From a virus, in IMG/VR virus record IMGVR_UViG_3300028840_005764, positions 64,001 through 128,000 of that record: 64,000 nucleotides of DNA. The stretch is one strand, 5' to 3'. Positions 9,295-20,167 of the stretch are shown here, one piece after another (within the stretch, counting starts at the first letter, position 1; every line of letters begins with the position of its first letter). The translations under genes and the position numbers were made by a program. The notes below the pieces were generated by a model. The model was given only the letters and a program-made list of their open reading frames with translations, searched no databases and had not been told where the DNA came from.

Positions 9295-11925
9295 GTGGAA
9301 AACAAAATCACGCTTAAGTTCGAGCCATATTTCATATCATCCGAAGAAGATCTTGATGAACATCTCAATTGGATACAAAGAGATGCTGTTATAAAAGGTG
9401 CTGATGGCAGTATAATTTTTCAACAAAAAGATGTTGAATTCCCTGATTTCTGGTCCGATACAGCTGTCAATATAGTATCTGATAAGTACTTCAGAGGTAT
9501 TCTCGGTTCTGATGAACGAGAATATAGTTTGAAACAGTTGGTGAACCGTGTTGTCGATACAATTACTCAGTATGGTATTGAGTTAGGATATTTTGATGAT
9601 GAGAACGCTAAAATATTTCAGTGTGATTTGAAGTTTCTTATTTATATGCAATATTACTCTTTCAATTCTCCAGTTTATTTCAATGTTGGTATTGATCCGA
9701 ATCCACAAGTCGCCGCGTGTTTCATACTTGGCGTAGATGACCACATGCCATCCATTATGGAATTGGCACGCACAGAAGCTATGATTTTCAAGGGAGGTTC
9801 AGGCGCCGGTACTAATTTTTCCAAGCTCCGCAGCAAATACGAGCATCTATCAGGAGGAGGTAAAGCTAGTGGGCCTGTGTCTTTCATGCGTGGTTTGGAT
9901 AGCTTCTCTGGCGTGATTAAGAGTGGTGGTAAAACTAGACGTGCTGCGAAGATGGCTATCCTTGACATAGACCATTTAGATATATTGGAATTTGTTGAAT
10001 GCAAGCTGATAGAGGAAGGTAAGGCTTCTGCTCTTATTCAAGCAGGATACAGCCCACATTTCGAAGCAGATAACAATGCGTATTCTTCTGTTGCGTTTCA
10101 AAATGAGAATCACACCATTAGAGTATTTGATAAATTCATGCAAGCTGTAGAACAAGATGATGAATGGGATTTACGTTACGTAACAAATCAACAACGCAAA
10201 TACGTTAAAGCGCGTGAAATATTCATGCGTATCTGTGAATGCGCACACCAATGCGGCGATCCTGGGTTGTTATTTTCTGATACAGCGAATCGATATCATA
10301 CAACTCCAGCTTCTGGTAAAATTGTGGCTACTAATCCTTGTGGCGAATATATTGATATTGATGATTCCGCATGCAATTTAGGTTCATTCAATCTTATGCG
10401 TTTTGTACAACATCACGATAGTCATTTTTCATTTGATGTTGATGCATTTAAGGCGGCCGTTAGGATCGCAACGATAGCGCAGGAAATCATTATTGATAAA
10501 GCTAGTTATCCAACCGATAAGATCAAGCGTAATGCGGTTAATCATAGGCAATTAGGGCTTGGATATTCAAATCTAGGTACGTTGATTATGTATTGTGGTT
10601 ATCCATACGACTCACGCGACGGACGTGCACTGGCTGCTTCTATTTCTGCCTTGTTGACCTCTTCTGTATATAACACTAGTTGTGATGTTGCTCTTGTGAA
10701 GGGTACGTTTAAAGAGTTTGATAAGAATAAGGATAAGATGCAGCAAGTTTTGTGGCGTCATGCTTCTAATGTGAAAGATATTGAGACAGATGTAGATGGT
10801 ATTAAAGAGATCATAGATGCTGTTGAAGATACGTGGCAGTCTGTTACGGAGAAATATCAACATCATGGTATTCGCAATTCAAAAGCTACAGTGATAGCCC
10901 CAACAGGCACTATCGGGTTTATGATGGATTGCGATACGACTGGAGCTGAGCCAGAACTTTTTCTTGTAAAACACAAGACACTGGTAGGTGGTGGTAGTAT
11001 TAAAATCGTTAATAGGTCTATAGGTCATGTGCTGGCTAATTTAGGATATGACCAAAAAACAATATCTAAGATTGCAAATTACATAACTGAGAATGAGACA
11101 TTGGAACGATGTAAGTTAATCAAAAAAGAACATATTCCGATTTTTGATTGTGCTTTTGGCAGTAGTGAGAAAAGTAGAGTCATTGCCCCAGAAGGTCATG
11201 TCAGAATGTTGGCTGCTATTCAACCACATATATCTGGAGGTATTTCAAAGACAGTGAATCTTCCTGAAAAGGCTTCTGTGCAGGATGTATATAATATTTT
11301 TATGTTAGCGCACAAGCTTAAGCTAAAAGCTATTACAATTTATCGTAACAATTCGAAGGGCTCGCAACCGTTAAATGTGAAGAAAAATGATGATGATAAA
11401 AAGCCTAAGCAGGTAAAGAGAAAGATGGCTGCAGAGCGCAAGGCCTTAGCCCATGATTTTAATATTCAAGGCCATAAGATCTATCTTCATTGTGGACTTT
11501 TCCCAGATGGCACATTGGGTGAAATTTTCATTCGTGCGTCTAAAGAAGGTTCCACTATGACGGGGTTATTGGATTCAATTGCCGTTTTAACATCTACCTC
11601 ATTACAATATGGTGTACCTCTCGAGGTGCTTTCAAAGAAGCTGGCATATACTACTTTTGAGCCACAGGGATTTACACCTAAGATGGGTTATGCTCGCAGT
11701 ATAACAGATTATATTTTTCGTTATTTGCTCCAGAAATTCAGCGGTCACGTTTTGGATGGTGACACAGTGATTGAAGATGATGAAGAAGCTCCTGTGCCGC
11801 CACGTGCTTTGCTGGACACCCCTACATACGACGCTCCGCCGTGTCCCAACTGCGGTTCGATCATGGTCAGGAATGGTTCGTGTTTTAAGTGTGAGACATG
11901 TGGAGAGACTAGTGGGTGTTCATGA
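9295..11925 (+). CDS. nrdJ: Class II (adenosylcobalamin-dependent) ribonucleotide reductase
   Basis: FNSPVYFN, AACFI, GGKTRRAAKM, TNPCGE, IAPTGTI, ISKTVN, C-terminal GEIF domain and CPNCG..CETCG zinc ribbon. Confidence 0.93.
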   Translation: MENKITLKFEPYFISSEEDLDEHLNWIQRDAVIKGADGSIIFQQKDVEFPDFWSDTAVNIVSDKYFRGILGSDEREYSLKQLVNRVVDTITQYGIELGYFDDENAKIFQCDLKFLIYMQYYSFNSPVYFNVGIDPNPQVAACFILGVDDHMPSIMELARTEAMIFKGGSGAGTNFSKLRSKYEHLSGGGKASGPVSFMRGLDSFSGVIKSGGKTRRAAKMAILDIDHLDILEFVECKLIEEGKASALIQAGYSPHFEADNNAYSSVAFQNENHTIRVFDKFMQAVEQDDEWDLRYVTNQQRKYVKAREIFMRICECAHQCGDPGLLFSDTANRYHTTPASGKIVATNPCGEYIDIDDSACNLGSFNLMRFVQHHDSHFSFDVDAFKAAVRIATIAQEIIIDKASYPTDKIKRNAVNHRQLGLGYSNLGTLIMYCGYPYDSRDGRALAASISALLTSSVYNTSCDVALVKGTFKEFDKNKDKMQQVLWRHASNVKDIETDVDGIKEIIDAVEDTWQSVTEKYQHHGIRNSKATVIAPTGTIGFMMDCDTTGAEPELFLVKHKTLVGGGSIKIVNRSIGHVLANLGYDQKTISKIANYITENETLERCKLIKKEHIPIFDCAFGSSEKSRVIAPEGHVRMLAAIQPHISGGISKTVNLPEKASVQDVYNIFMLAHKLKLKAITIYRNNSKGSQPLNVKKNDDDKKPKQVKRKMAAERKALAHDFNIQGHKIYLHCGLFPDGTLGEIFIRASKEGSTMTGLLDSIAVLTSTSLQYGVPLEVLSKKLAYTTFEPQGFTPKMGYARSITDYIFRYLLQKFSGHVLDGDTVIEDDEEAPVPPRALLDTPTYDAPPCPNCGSIMVRNGSCFKCETCGETSGCS

Positions 11926-12554
11926 TGTCTATACACACCGATAATCGCGCAGCTATGTTCAAAAGAGATACCAAAACTAAGTGGCAAACGCCACTTTGGT
12001 TTTTTCGTTTCTTTGATAATCAGTATCATTTTGAATGGGATATGGCTGCGTCTAAAAAGAATCGATTATGTAAGAAATACGTCAATCAGAAGATGGACGC
12101 CACGTCGTTTGATTGGCCATCTAACAGCAGTCTTTGGTGTAATCCACCATATGATAGTCGTCGTCTGCATTTGTGGTTTGAACGCGGGTGGGATGCGGCT
12201 AGACATGGTTCTACGGTCGTGTTCCTTGTGCATGCGCGTACAGATACTGTGTGGTATCACGAGTGGGCTATACGTGGTCATGTTGGTTTCGTACGAGGCA
12301 GGATGAAATTTCTGTACAAAGACAGAGAGACAGATGCTGCGCCATTTCCATCTTTAGTGGTGATATATGATCCAAAAGCTGTCGAAAATTATGAGAAGAG
12401 TGGTATAGATCTATTACATCATTTTGATGGCTTCTGTATCGATGGTCGTTTGGGGACAACTTGGAGGAAATTACCACGTTATCCTAGGGCAATTGTTAGA
12501 TACCCAAGAAAAATAATAAGAACACCAAAACCAAAACATTGGAGTGGAAAGTGA
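11916..12554 (+). CDS. Phage N6-adenine DNA methyltransferase (Dam-like)
   Basis: WQTP, DMAAS, WCNPPY, ARTDT.W, GRMKF, APFPS. Carries an extra C-terminal RYPR-repeat tail. Confidence 0.88.
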   Translation: MFMMSIHTDNRAAMFKRDTKTKWQTPLWFFRFFDNQYHFEWDMAASKKNRLCKKYVNQKMDATSFDWPSNSSLWCNPPYDSRRLHLWFERGWDAARHGSTVVFLVHARTDTVWYHEWAIRGHVGFVRGRMKFLYKDRETDAAPFPSLVVIYDPKAVENYEKSGIDLLHHFDGFCIDGRLGTTWRKLPRYPRAIVRYPRKIIRTPKPKHWSGK

Positions 12555-13246
12555 ATGATATATATAAAAAAGATTGGAGAAAACTAAAGATAGCATGCTT
12601 TGACACTGAAACAACCGGTACGAATATCAATGACGATAGAATAACAGAAATGGGTATAATTATATTTAAGAAGGGTGAACCAATAAAAAAATATTGTCGT
12701 TTGATCAATCCTAAGAAAAAAATTCATCCAAAAGCTGCGAAAGTAAGTGGTATCACAGATAGCGATGTGAAGGAGCAGCGTACTTTCAAACAACGTTTCA
12801 AAAAAATATATAAGCTTTTATATGGCGCAGATCTTTGGTGTGCATTCAACGATCAGTTCGATCGCGGTATCATGGCGGCTGAATTCAGACGTTGTGGTGA
12901 AGAATACGAGGATAAACCATGTATTGATCCAAGAATATGGGCAGACCACATGTGGCCAGGTCAGACAAACAATTTGGATTCTGTTTCTGCCAGATTGAGA
13001 GTGAATGTACCAAGAACAGTTACGGATGAATTGAAGATCAATGTTGCTCGCCATAGAGCTGATTACGATTCATTAGTGACAGGATATTGTCTTTTTGCAA
13101 TGATGTCTGCTATGCCAAAAACTTTGAGACAGACGTTGTATGTACAAGATTACATTTATAGGAGATGGTTGACAAACGTATACAATAATAATCCAAGATT
13201 CGCTCGTAGTGTTGAACCAACTATGCCACCGGAACATGTCAGATAG
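12551..13246 (+). CDS. DEDDh 3'-5' exonuclease (DnaQ/epsilon-like)
   Basis: FDTETTG, AFNDQFD, HRADYD. GTG start after GGAG. Confidence 0.88.
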   Translation: MNDIYKKDWRKLKIACFDTETTGTNINDDRITEMGIIIFKKGEPIKKYCRLINPKKKIHPKAAKVSGITDSDVKEQRTFKQRFKKIYKLLYGADLWCAFNDQFDRGIMAAEFRRCGEEYEDKPCIDPRIWADHMWPGQTNNLDSVSARLRVNVPRTVTDELKINVARHRADYDSLVTGYCLFAMMSAMPKTLRQTLYVQDYIYRRWLTNVYNNNPRFARSVEPTMPPEHVR

Positions 13247-13276
13247 AAACCGTGTTGTCTATGAGAAAAAAGAACG

Positions 13277-13669
13277 ATGATTTGCAAAGCAATAAAATAC
13301 CATCCACGTCCTCTCATTCAACGGTTTCCTAGACCGAAGCGTATACCGTATCCAAAAAAACCAATCCACCGAGGCGAATGCCGTGATGGCATACGTCCAT
13401 GTCCTTTTGTTTCATGTAGGTATCATCTTTACGCAGATATAGTATCTGGTGTTTGGAAAGAATATTTTGAGGCTCCATGGCTTATGGAGGAGACGTGTGC
13501 TCTTGATTTGGCTGAAAGAGAACGTGGTATGAATCTTGATGACATTAGTTATTATTTTGATCTAACACGCGAGAGAATAAGGCAAATAATAGATAATTCT
13601 TTAAGAACCATCAGAACAAGAAAATTAGCTAGAGATAGGTCTATTCATGATAAAATTTCTATCGGTTGA
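13277..13669 (+). CDS. Cys-containing sigma-70 region-4-like HTH protein
   Basis: RPCPFVSCRYHL..ETCALD..MNLDDI...LTRERIRQI. Confidence 0.75.
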   Translation: MICKAIKYHPRPLIQRFPRPKRIPYPKKPIHRGECRDGIRPCPFVSCRYHLYADIVSGVWKEYFEAPWLMEETCALDLAERERGMNLDDISYYFDLTRERIRQIIDNSLRTIRTRKLARDRSIHDKISIG

Positions 13670-15518
13670 GCTCTTTAACTTCGTTACACATAAACATACT
13701 TACATAGATATGGAAAGCGGTGGTAGCCTGTATATTTCAGGTTGGAACAAAGATGCTCATGCCATTGGAAGTAATGGCGCTGGTAAATCACTTATCTATG
13801 ATGCTATTTATTGGTGTTTATACGATGTCACTGTACGTGGATTTGGTAAAGATGATGTTATAGGCAAGAATGAAGATTATACTTGGGTACAAACATGTTG
13901 GTTGGATGATGATGGTCGTAGTGTTGTTATTAGAAGATTTCGTAATCACCCAGAATACAAACATGATGTTCAATTGTTAATTGATGGTGAAGATGCAAGT
14001 AAGACTCGTAATATAAGTAAGCACGGTACTAACGCTCATATCGTGCGTATTTTCAAAATGGATAGGGTGGCGTTTCTGTATTCTGTAATTTTCAGTAAAA
14101 GTCGAGGGAGTATCTGTGAAGCCAAGGATGTGAAGAGGCGCGAATTACTATCACACATTATTGGCCTGGATATTACAGATGAAGGTTTGAAAGCGGCGCG
14201 TAAAGATCGCAAGGAACTTGATAAATATTTGAATACATTGAAAATAAAGCTGTCATCAGTTGAAACGGAATCTCATCAATTTGAGAAACGACTTCATGAT
14301 GCGCAGGAACAATTGATTGAGGAGGAGCGTAGGATTGAGGAAAGAAAAGCCAAAATTGCTAGTGAAAATAAAGATATCAAGGAAAAAGAAAAAGAACTAA
14401 AAGAAAAACGTAAGAAAATAAAAGACAAGATTAAGTCCATTGAAGGTAAACTTGTTGAACAGATAAATATTGATAAAGAAATTACATCTATTGAAAATAA
14501 TATTGATATGGTTAATGAAAAAGTATCCAAATATAAAGTTGATTTGGATTATAAAGTTCAAGTTGAAGATAAAGCACAGCGTGCAATGACGGCGTGTAGA
14601 GAGAAGTCAGGTTCTGTCTGCCCGACATGCGAGCAAGTAATACCCGGCAACCATGTACGACGTCAGCTGTTCAATCTCAAAAAACTTAGAGATAAAGCGC
14701 GTGCTGAGAAAAAGTATTGTGCCAAGAAATATCAGAAATGGGAAAAGAGACGCACACAACTTGTCAAGGAAAAAAATGCACTCAAGTTGTCTGTTGATAA
14801 GAAATTGGAACGTCAATATTTCAAACTCGAATCGCAGTTGAAGTATATCAAACGTGATTTGAAACATATTGTATTTGTTGATGAAAATAGTATTGAAGAC
14901 AACAGTGACGCTTTGCGTCAAAAGGTGCGTTCTCTAAACGATGAACATCAGGACTCATTGAATAGGAAAAATCTTTTGGAGTCACAGATCAAAACTGTTG
15001 AACAGAAGCTTGCAATAGCTGAATTTTGGGTTGTAGGTTTTGGGTCAAAAGGTTTAAAAAACTTTGTGATCAACGGTATATTAGGATTACTGGAACAGAG
15101 GACAAACGAGTACCTCAGTGAACTGACTGACGGTTATATGCGTGTGTCTTGGGAGAGTGAAAAACAATCAAAAAAGACAAAGAAATCTATGGATAAACTT
15201 ATGTTAAATGTGAAGACAGGTAATAGAGGATATAGAGAATATCATTGGTGTAGTGAAGGGGAAAGATCCAGAGTTTGGTTGTCAACAGAGTTGGCATTAA
15301 ATGAAATCAAAAGAACAACTGTTGATATAGGTCTGATAGATGAATGTCTTGATGGTTTGGATTCACAAGGCATTGTAAAGGCTGTCGAGTTAATAAGTGG
15401 CGAGAGTACGAAGAGAAAAATGATATGTATTTCACACAGAGAAGGTGTTGAAAAACATTTCAGAAATAAAAAAGTAGTTATCATGCACAAGGGAACGTCA
15501 ACGCTGCGCGCAGCATAG
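13647..15518 (+). CDS. sbcC: SbcC/Rad50 (gp46-like) ATPase
   Basis: GSNGAGKS Walker A, coiled coils with CPTC zinc hook, SEGE signature, IDECLDGLD Walker B, ISH. Confidence 0.9.
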   Translation: MIKFLSVELFNFVTHKHTYIDMESGGSLYISGWNKDAHAIGSNGAGKSLIYDAIYWCLYDVTVRGFGKDDVIGKNEDYTWVQTCWLDDDGRSVVIRRFRNHPEYKHDVQLLIDGEDASKTRNISKHGTNAHIVRIFKMDRVAFLYSVIFSKSRGSICEAKDVKRRELLSHIIGLDITDEGLKAARKDRKELDKYLNTLKIKLSSVETESHQFEKRLHDAQEQLIEEERRIEERKAKIASENKDIKEKEKELKEKRKKIKDKIKSIEGKLVEQINIDKEITSIENNIDMVNEKVSKYKVDLDYKVQVEDKAQRAMTACREKSGSVCPTCEQVIPGNHVRRQLFNLKKLRDKARAEKKYCAKKYQKWEKRRTQLVKEKNALKLSVDKKLERQYFKLESQLKYIKRDLKHIVFVDENSIEDNSDALRQKVRSLNDEHQDSLNRKNLLESQIKTVEQKLAIAEFWVVGFGSKGLKNFVINGILGLLEQRTNEYLSELTDGYMRVSWESEKQSKKTKKSMDKLMLNVKTGNRGYREYHWCSEGERSRVWLSTELALNEIKRTTVDIGLIDECLDGLDSQGIVKAVELISGESTKRKMICISHREGVEKHFRNKKVVIMHKGTSTLRAA

Positions 15519-15527
15519 GGAGTAGAG

Positions 15528-16094
15528 ATGAAAGACCCAGCAGAATTGATGAAGTTGGTGAATTTCCAGAACATGAAGATCCGCGAGCTCGGCCTCAAGA
15601 TCAACGAACTTGAGGGACAGGCGATTCACTTGTACCAGAACTTCGATGCTTTGGCCCAGTTCTTGATCTACATGATTCAAAAGTTCGGAGAAGATCAAAG
15701 CGGTACTTGTTCGGTTGGCATTCCACTGGAAAGCCTGCGCTCGGTACCACCTGGAAGTTGGGTTAAGACAGAGAACATCGAGGACATGAAGATCTTGACC
15801 GTGATGGAACATGATACGATGGAGGAGATTATGGGTCAGGGCGGCGGTGGTCCAGTGCCATTGGCCGGTGCCACACCACCGGGACGGACAACACCTCCAG
15901 GACGTCCACAGCCTATGGCTGCCCCACCACCGCCGCCCCGCCCACCACGTCATTGCGCGCCACCACCGCCTTCAGCGAAGATGGATATGGATGACGCCCC
16001 CACGTCAAAGCCATCAGTGCATGAGGTGACTTTGTCATCCCAGTCCGTGGTTCCGCAGGATAGCAACCCGGCGCCCAGCACTGATGGTGAATGA
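15528..16094 (+). CDS. Hypothetical protein with Pro-rich C-terminus
   Basis: RBS GGAG, 188-aa ORF, poly-Pro segment. Confidence 0.6.
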   Translation: MKDPAELMKLVNFQNMKIRELGLKINELEGQAIHLYQNFDALAQFLIYMIQKFGEDQSGTCSVGIPLESLRSVPPGSWVKTENIEDMKILTVMEHDTMEEIMGQGGGGPVPLAGATPPGRTTPPGRPQPMAAPPPPPRPPRHCAPPPPSAKMDMDDAPTSKPSVHEVTLSSQSVVPQDSNPAPSTDGE

Positions 16095-16095
16095 C

Positions 16096-16323
16096 ATGCC
16101 GATCTACGACTATTATTGTGAGAAATGCCATCAGAGGTTCGAGGACTGGCATACACGGATGGATGACGATCCGGAGCCATGCCCAACGTGCGGAGCTCTC
16201 TCGCCGCGTGTGAGGCATACAAGCCAGAATCTGAAGAAGGTTGAATACGTACCTCCTCCGCGTGCGAAACGCAGATTTGGTGAACATCGGGCCTGGCACC
16301 ATAAGCGTCCTAGGTGGGTCTGA
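16096..16323 (+). CDS. FmdB-family zinc ribbon protein
   Basis: MPIYDYYCEKC..F......PCPTCG signature. Confidence 0.8.
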   Translation: MPIYDYYCEKCHQRFEDWHTRMDDDPEPCPTCGALSPRVRHTSQNLKKVEYVPPPRAKRRFGEHRAWHHKRPRWV

Positions 16324-17084
16324 TGGCGAAGAAACCGATTCCAGTCCAAGAACAGCGTCGTTTATTGGTCGAGAACATGAGATATTTACATCATGTTTTC
16401 ACCAGTTACGATAAACAATGGGTGATGGGAATCGATCCATCGTTGAATCATACAGCTGTAGCAGTGCAAAAAATACGGAAAAAGCGTGTCAAAGTATCCA
16501 GTTCACCAGCTACAATACGAGATTCAAAGCAGAAAAAAACCGCTACACATCGAATCGCGCTTACCCGTCATTTCCTGATAAACCAGGTTCAAAAATACCC
16601 ACCATTATTGATTGCGGTTGAAGGCTATGCCTACGGCCGCGCCATGAATCGTGAGCTGCTTGGAGAAGTCGGAGGTATGATTCGTCTGAATGTGTTTTGG
16701 GATCATCCAGATGAAGTTGGGCCGGTATTGATTGTTGGTGCCACGCAATTGAAAAAATTCATTTTGGGTTCAGGAACAGTAGGAGGTGGTAAAAAGACAA
16801 AACAATTAATAATTATGAATGTGTTTAAGAAATGGGGTATTGAAGTAGCTGATGATAATGAAGCTGATGCTATAGTGTTGGTTAGGATGGCAAAAGAATT
16901 CGTGAAATTTGTTTTAAAATTACATGATAAAATTCCGTCTGATGAAAAAGGATTACGTAATTTTGTAAATAATGGATGGGAAGAATATGGATATAAAAAA
17001 TATATATGGGAAATATTTTGTTCGTTTGTGATCAATAAAGGTAATAACCAGCTCTTTGATTTTTGTAGTGAAGGCAAACTATGA
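16323..17084 (+). CDS. RuvC-like Holliday junction resolvase
   Basis: MGIDPSL, IAVEGY, QLKKF..G.G...K, DDNEADA. Confidence 0.85.
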   Translation: MAKKPIPVQEQRRLLVENMRYLHHVFTSYDKQWVMGIDPSLNHTAVAVQKIRKKRVKVSSSPATIRDSKQKKTATHRIALTRHFLINQVQKYPPLLIAVEGYAYGRAMNRELLGEVGGMIRLNVFWDHPDEVGPVLIVGATQLKKFILGSGTVGGGKKTKQLIIMNVFKKWGIEVADDNEADAIVLVRMAKEFVKFVLKLHDKIPSDEKGLRNFVNNGWEEYGYKKYIWEIFCSFVINKGNNQLFDFCSEGKL

Positions 17085-17635
17085 AAATTAAGAGAAGGCC
17101 TAGAAAAATTTATAGAATTCCAAAAGAATCTTTGAAAAAAGGATGTGTTCTTGAGAGTAAATACTTTCCATATAAGTTGTTAATGTATATTATCAAATGG
17201 GGTATACCATATAATTTATATTCCAATAACAAAATGTATTATTTGAATATATTGGGTAAGGCGAAATACAAAAGAGAGAAACATTTTAATAGAAAGCCAA
17301 GAAGTTATTCTTCATGCGAGCCAATTTATAATAACGGCGTTAAACCTAAAGACAAAGACCCAGTTTTATATAAACAATATAAACAATTGAGAGAATGTTT
17401 TATTAATAAGGGTAGGCCATTACATGTTTACTGTGAATATGACATGCATCAGGTATCTTTGGAAACTTGTTTTTGCAGGTGTGATAAAGAATGTTCTTCG
17501 CTGCGGCCTCGCTGGTTGGTTGGGGAAGATGATGGTTTGTACAGTTATATGAATGATTTTATGAAATTGCAGAGGTTGGTCAATTTGTTGTACGGCACCG
17601 TTAGAAAACGTGACATAGAACCAACCAATCAATGA
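17081..17635 (+). CDS. Hypothetical protein with N-terminal IKRRPRK tag
   Basis: ATGA coupling to neighbouring genes. Confidence 0.6.
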   Translation: MKIKRRPRKIYRIPKESLKKGCVLESKYFPYKLLMYIIKWGIPYNLYSNNKMYYLNILGKAKYKREKHFNRKPRSYSSCEPIYNNGVKPKDKDPVLYKQYKQLRECFINKGRPLHVYCEYDMHQVSLETCFCRCDKECSSLRPRWLVGEDDGLYSYMNDFMKLQRLVNLLYGTVRKRDIEPTNQ

Positions 17636-17934
17636 AGAGTGAGCGTGAAAATTTTACCGAAGGTGAAAGGGATATGTGTCGTTATTTATTGGCGGTTGCA
17701 ATCAAAGATGCTGTCACCAATAGTAACAAACAATATGATATGAAGTGTAAACGTGATGCAGTAAGATGGTTAAAATCTGATAATGAAATGGGGTTCTCAT
17801 TTATAAATGTTGTGTCTTTCTTATTTGGGGATCAATTAGATTATTCTTGTTTGAGGAAAAGGATATTAGAACTAATTGAAGAAAAATCAGTCACAGCAGA
17901 TGACGCCAACATTGAAAGATTAATAGATGCATGA
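17632..17934 (+). CDS. Hypothetical phage protein
   Basis: ATGA-coupled ORF with AIKDA..DA.RW...FSF pattern. Confidence 0.6.
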   Translation: MKSERENFTEGERDMCRYLLAVAIKDAVTNSNKQYDMKCKRDAVRWLKSDNEMGFSFINVVSFLFGDQLDYSCLRKRILELIEEKSVTADDANIERLIDA

Positions 17935-18490
17935 AATACCAAGACAATCCATTTGTAACATGTGCCGCCTGTGGAAAACCAGGAGGCAAGTGGTCGTGTC
18001 TGACGGCGGGATCCGTGAATGCCGAGTGGTGGTTGTTGGTGAGGCACCTGGTGCTGAAGAAGACAAGAAAGGCAAACCTTTCGTCGGTAAGAGCGGTAGC
18101 TTACTTCGAAGTGCTATTCAGGAATCTGTCGGGATCGTATTAGGTACAGATGCGGTCGTTCTCAATACTGTCAGCTGTAGACCACCCAATAATAGAGACC
18201 CCAAGGATGATGAGAAAGACGCATGTTTGAATTGGTTGCGTCTCAATATACGCAGGATCAAACCGAGGATAGTATTATCTGTTGGCAAACATGCGGCGGC
18301 TGTATTCACCCCTGAGAGAGATAGAGGTTTATTTTTCAGTAAGCGATACTTATATGAGATGTGGCGCGAATATGGATTCATTATGATGCATGTGTGGCAC
18401 CCTGGTTATGTTCTAAGAAATCGAACAAGTATGAATGAATGGTGTAGGCATTTGAAACTTTTCGGCGAAAGATTGTTGGAGTTGTCATGA
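17927..18490 (+). CDS. Uracil-DNA glycosylase family 4
   Basis: CxxC, VGEAPG.EED..G.PFVG.SG, CRPPNNRDP, HP motif. Confidence 0.92.
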   Translation: MHEIPRQSICNMCRLWKTRRQVVVSDGGIRECRVVVVGEAPGAEEDKKGKPFVGKSGSLLRSAIQESVGIVLGTDAVVLNTVSCRPPNNRDPKDDEKDACLNWLRLNIRRIKPRIVLSVGKHAAAVFTPERDRGLFFSKRYLYEMWREYGFIMMHVWHPGYVLRNRTSMNEWCRHLKLFGERLLELS

Positions 18491-19220
18491 TAATAAAATA
18501 TGAATCTATATCTTGCCCAAAGTGTGGTTCTTATATATGTCAAAGTGTTGTAGTTAATACATTGTTTTATGACTCAGGACCGGAATGTGTTCATGTTGGT
18601 TATTGTATATTTTGCAGACATTATTATGAAATAGATCCTATTGGCGAACGTCTAGTTGATATGGGTTCAGTCAGTATAGCAAGGTGAACTAATGCCAAAG
18701 ACAAATATGAAACGTATGCGGCGTCGTATTAAACGCCATCGTAAAGAAAAAGAAGAATATGGAGGTCCTTTGATCGTTGTTGATGACGGCAATGATGTGA
18801 GATTCAATATTGGCAGTGGCAGGCTTGCTCCATGGAAAGGAGCATTGACTTCTGAGATGGCAACAGATCATGATGGTCGTGGTATTTTGAGGTGGATTAT
18901 TGAAAAGAGTGATTTTGATGAGACTGCTAAAGAGATAATTACAGAGCAATTGGATTCGGTTTGGTTCTAATATGAACAACGCAACCAGATATATATTAAG
19001 TTGTATTTTGCCAAGAACCCCTTCTTACATAGGTGGTAACTTTGCTATGACTACAAATGGTGCGTCAGAACCAGGGCCAATGGTTCGTTGCATAGATTGC
19101 GTTGAACGTAAGAAATGTAAACGTATATCTAGAAATGTTAATAAATATAAGAAAAGAGAATGTAGATATTTTGTAATAGATTTAGTGAAACAATCTAATT
19201 ATTATGCAAATAAAAAATGA
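18487..19220 (+). CDS. Three small hypothetical ORFs (18487-18687 Cys-rich; 18692-18970; 18972-19220)
   Basis: Tightly packed same-strand ORFs with CxxC motifs in the first and last. Confidence 0.5.
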
Positions 19221-19238
19221 TATACGATACACAATTAC

Positions 19239-19266
19239 TTGAATATACAATTTATTCACATATAAT
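19239..19266 (+). promoter_or_regulatory. sigma70-like promoter
   Basis: TTGAAT-N16-TATAAT upstream of a strong RBS (AGAGGAGG). Confidence 0.55.
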
Positions 19267-19293
19267 AATCTTTATTAGTAAGAGGAGGTTGCT

Positions 19294-19464
19294 ATGACCA
19301 GAATTCTTGGTTTGTTGTTGGTTTTTGTCGGTCTTTTGTTAGGTTGTCCGAAGAAAAGTGCCGTGAAACCGGCGGATGAAGAGCCGCAGCTCAAGGTGGA
19401 TGGCGGGAAAGTTGAATCTCCACAGAAAGCGGAGATCGCGAAGGAAGATGCGGGGAAGAAATAG
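19294..19464 (+). CDS. Small lipoprotein (56 aa, absent from ORF track)
   Basis: MTRILGLLLVFVGLLLG|CPKK lipobox, strong RBS, TAG at 19462. Confidence 0.7.
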   Translation: MTRILGLLLVFVGLLLGCPKKSAVKPADEEPQLKVDGGKVESPQKAEIAKEDAGKK

Positions 19465-19537
19465 CAGGGGTGGGAGGGTTCGAACCCCCGGCCCCCAGGA
19501 CCAAAACCTGGTGTTCTACCAACTGAACTACACCCCT
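19465..19537 (-). tRNA. tRNA-Gln(TTG)
   Basis: Cloverleaf; anticodon arm CCAGG-TTTTGGT-CCTGG. Confidence 0.85.
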
Positions 19538-19868
19538 ATCTGTTATCACCACTTCCATTTAGTGCATCTCGTTGTTTTCTAGATGCTAATTTTTGTAGAT
19601 TTTCAAATGCAACTCCTTCCATGTCTAAACCGAGCTCAGTACACATAGCAGCTATGTACCAAAGAACGTCACCAAGTTCTTTGCTTATTTCTCTTATTTT
19701 ATCAGGAGTCATTATTCCATTGTTGTCACGTAATACTTTCTTTACTTTCTCGGCTACTTCTCCGGCTTCTCCCGTAAGACCAAGAACAGGATAAATATAG
19801 TTATTATAACGATTTGGATATTTGGCTGTTTCGAATGCACCTTCTTGATAATCGCGAAAACTTAGCAT
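19536..19868 (-). CDS. MazG-like nucleotide pyrophosphohydrolase
   Basis: LGLTGEAGEVAEKVKK, ELGDVLWY, SGDNR end. Confidence 0.92.
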   Translation of the reverse strand: MLSFRDYQEGAFETAKYPNRYNNYIYPVLGLTGEAGEVAEKVKKVLRDNNGIMTPDKIREISKELGDVLWYIAAMCTELGLDMEGVAFENLQKLASRKQRDALNGSGDNR

Positions 19869-19888
19869 GTTTTATCTCCTTATGTGAA

Positions 19889-19976
19889 TGGCGGAAGGGG
19901 AGGGATTCGAACCCCCGGAGCTTTTACACCCTCTTGTTTTCAAGACAAGTACCATAAGCCGCTCGGTCACCCTTCC
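19889..19976 (-). tRNA. tRNA-Ser(TGA)
   Basis: Loop CTTGAAA, long variable arm, GCCA end. Confidence 0.92.
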
Positions 19977-19988
19977 ACAAGAACAAGA

Positions 19989-20073
19989 CGGAAGGTAGAG
20001 GATTCGAACCTCTGGAGCTGTTACACCCTCACGCTCTCCAAGCGCGCGCCTTAAACCGCTCGGCCAACCTTCC
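19989..20073 (-). tRNA. tRNA-Ser(GGA)
   Basis: Loop TTGGAGA, long variable arm. Confidence 0.9.
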
Positions 20074-20081
20074 AAGATGAT

Positions 20082-20166
20082 CGGAAGAGAGAGGATTCGA
20101 ACCTCTGAGGCTGTTACACCCACTTGTTTTCGAGACAAGCGCCTTCAACCACTCGGCCACTCTTCC
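20082..20166 (-). tRNA. tRNA-Ser(CGA)
   Basis: Loop CTCGAAA, long variable arm. Confidence 0.9.
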
Positions 20167-20167
20167 A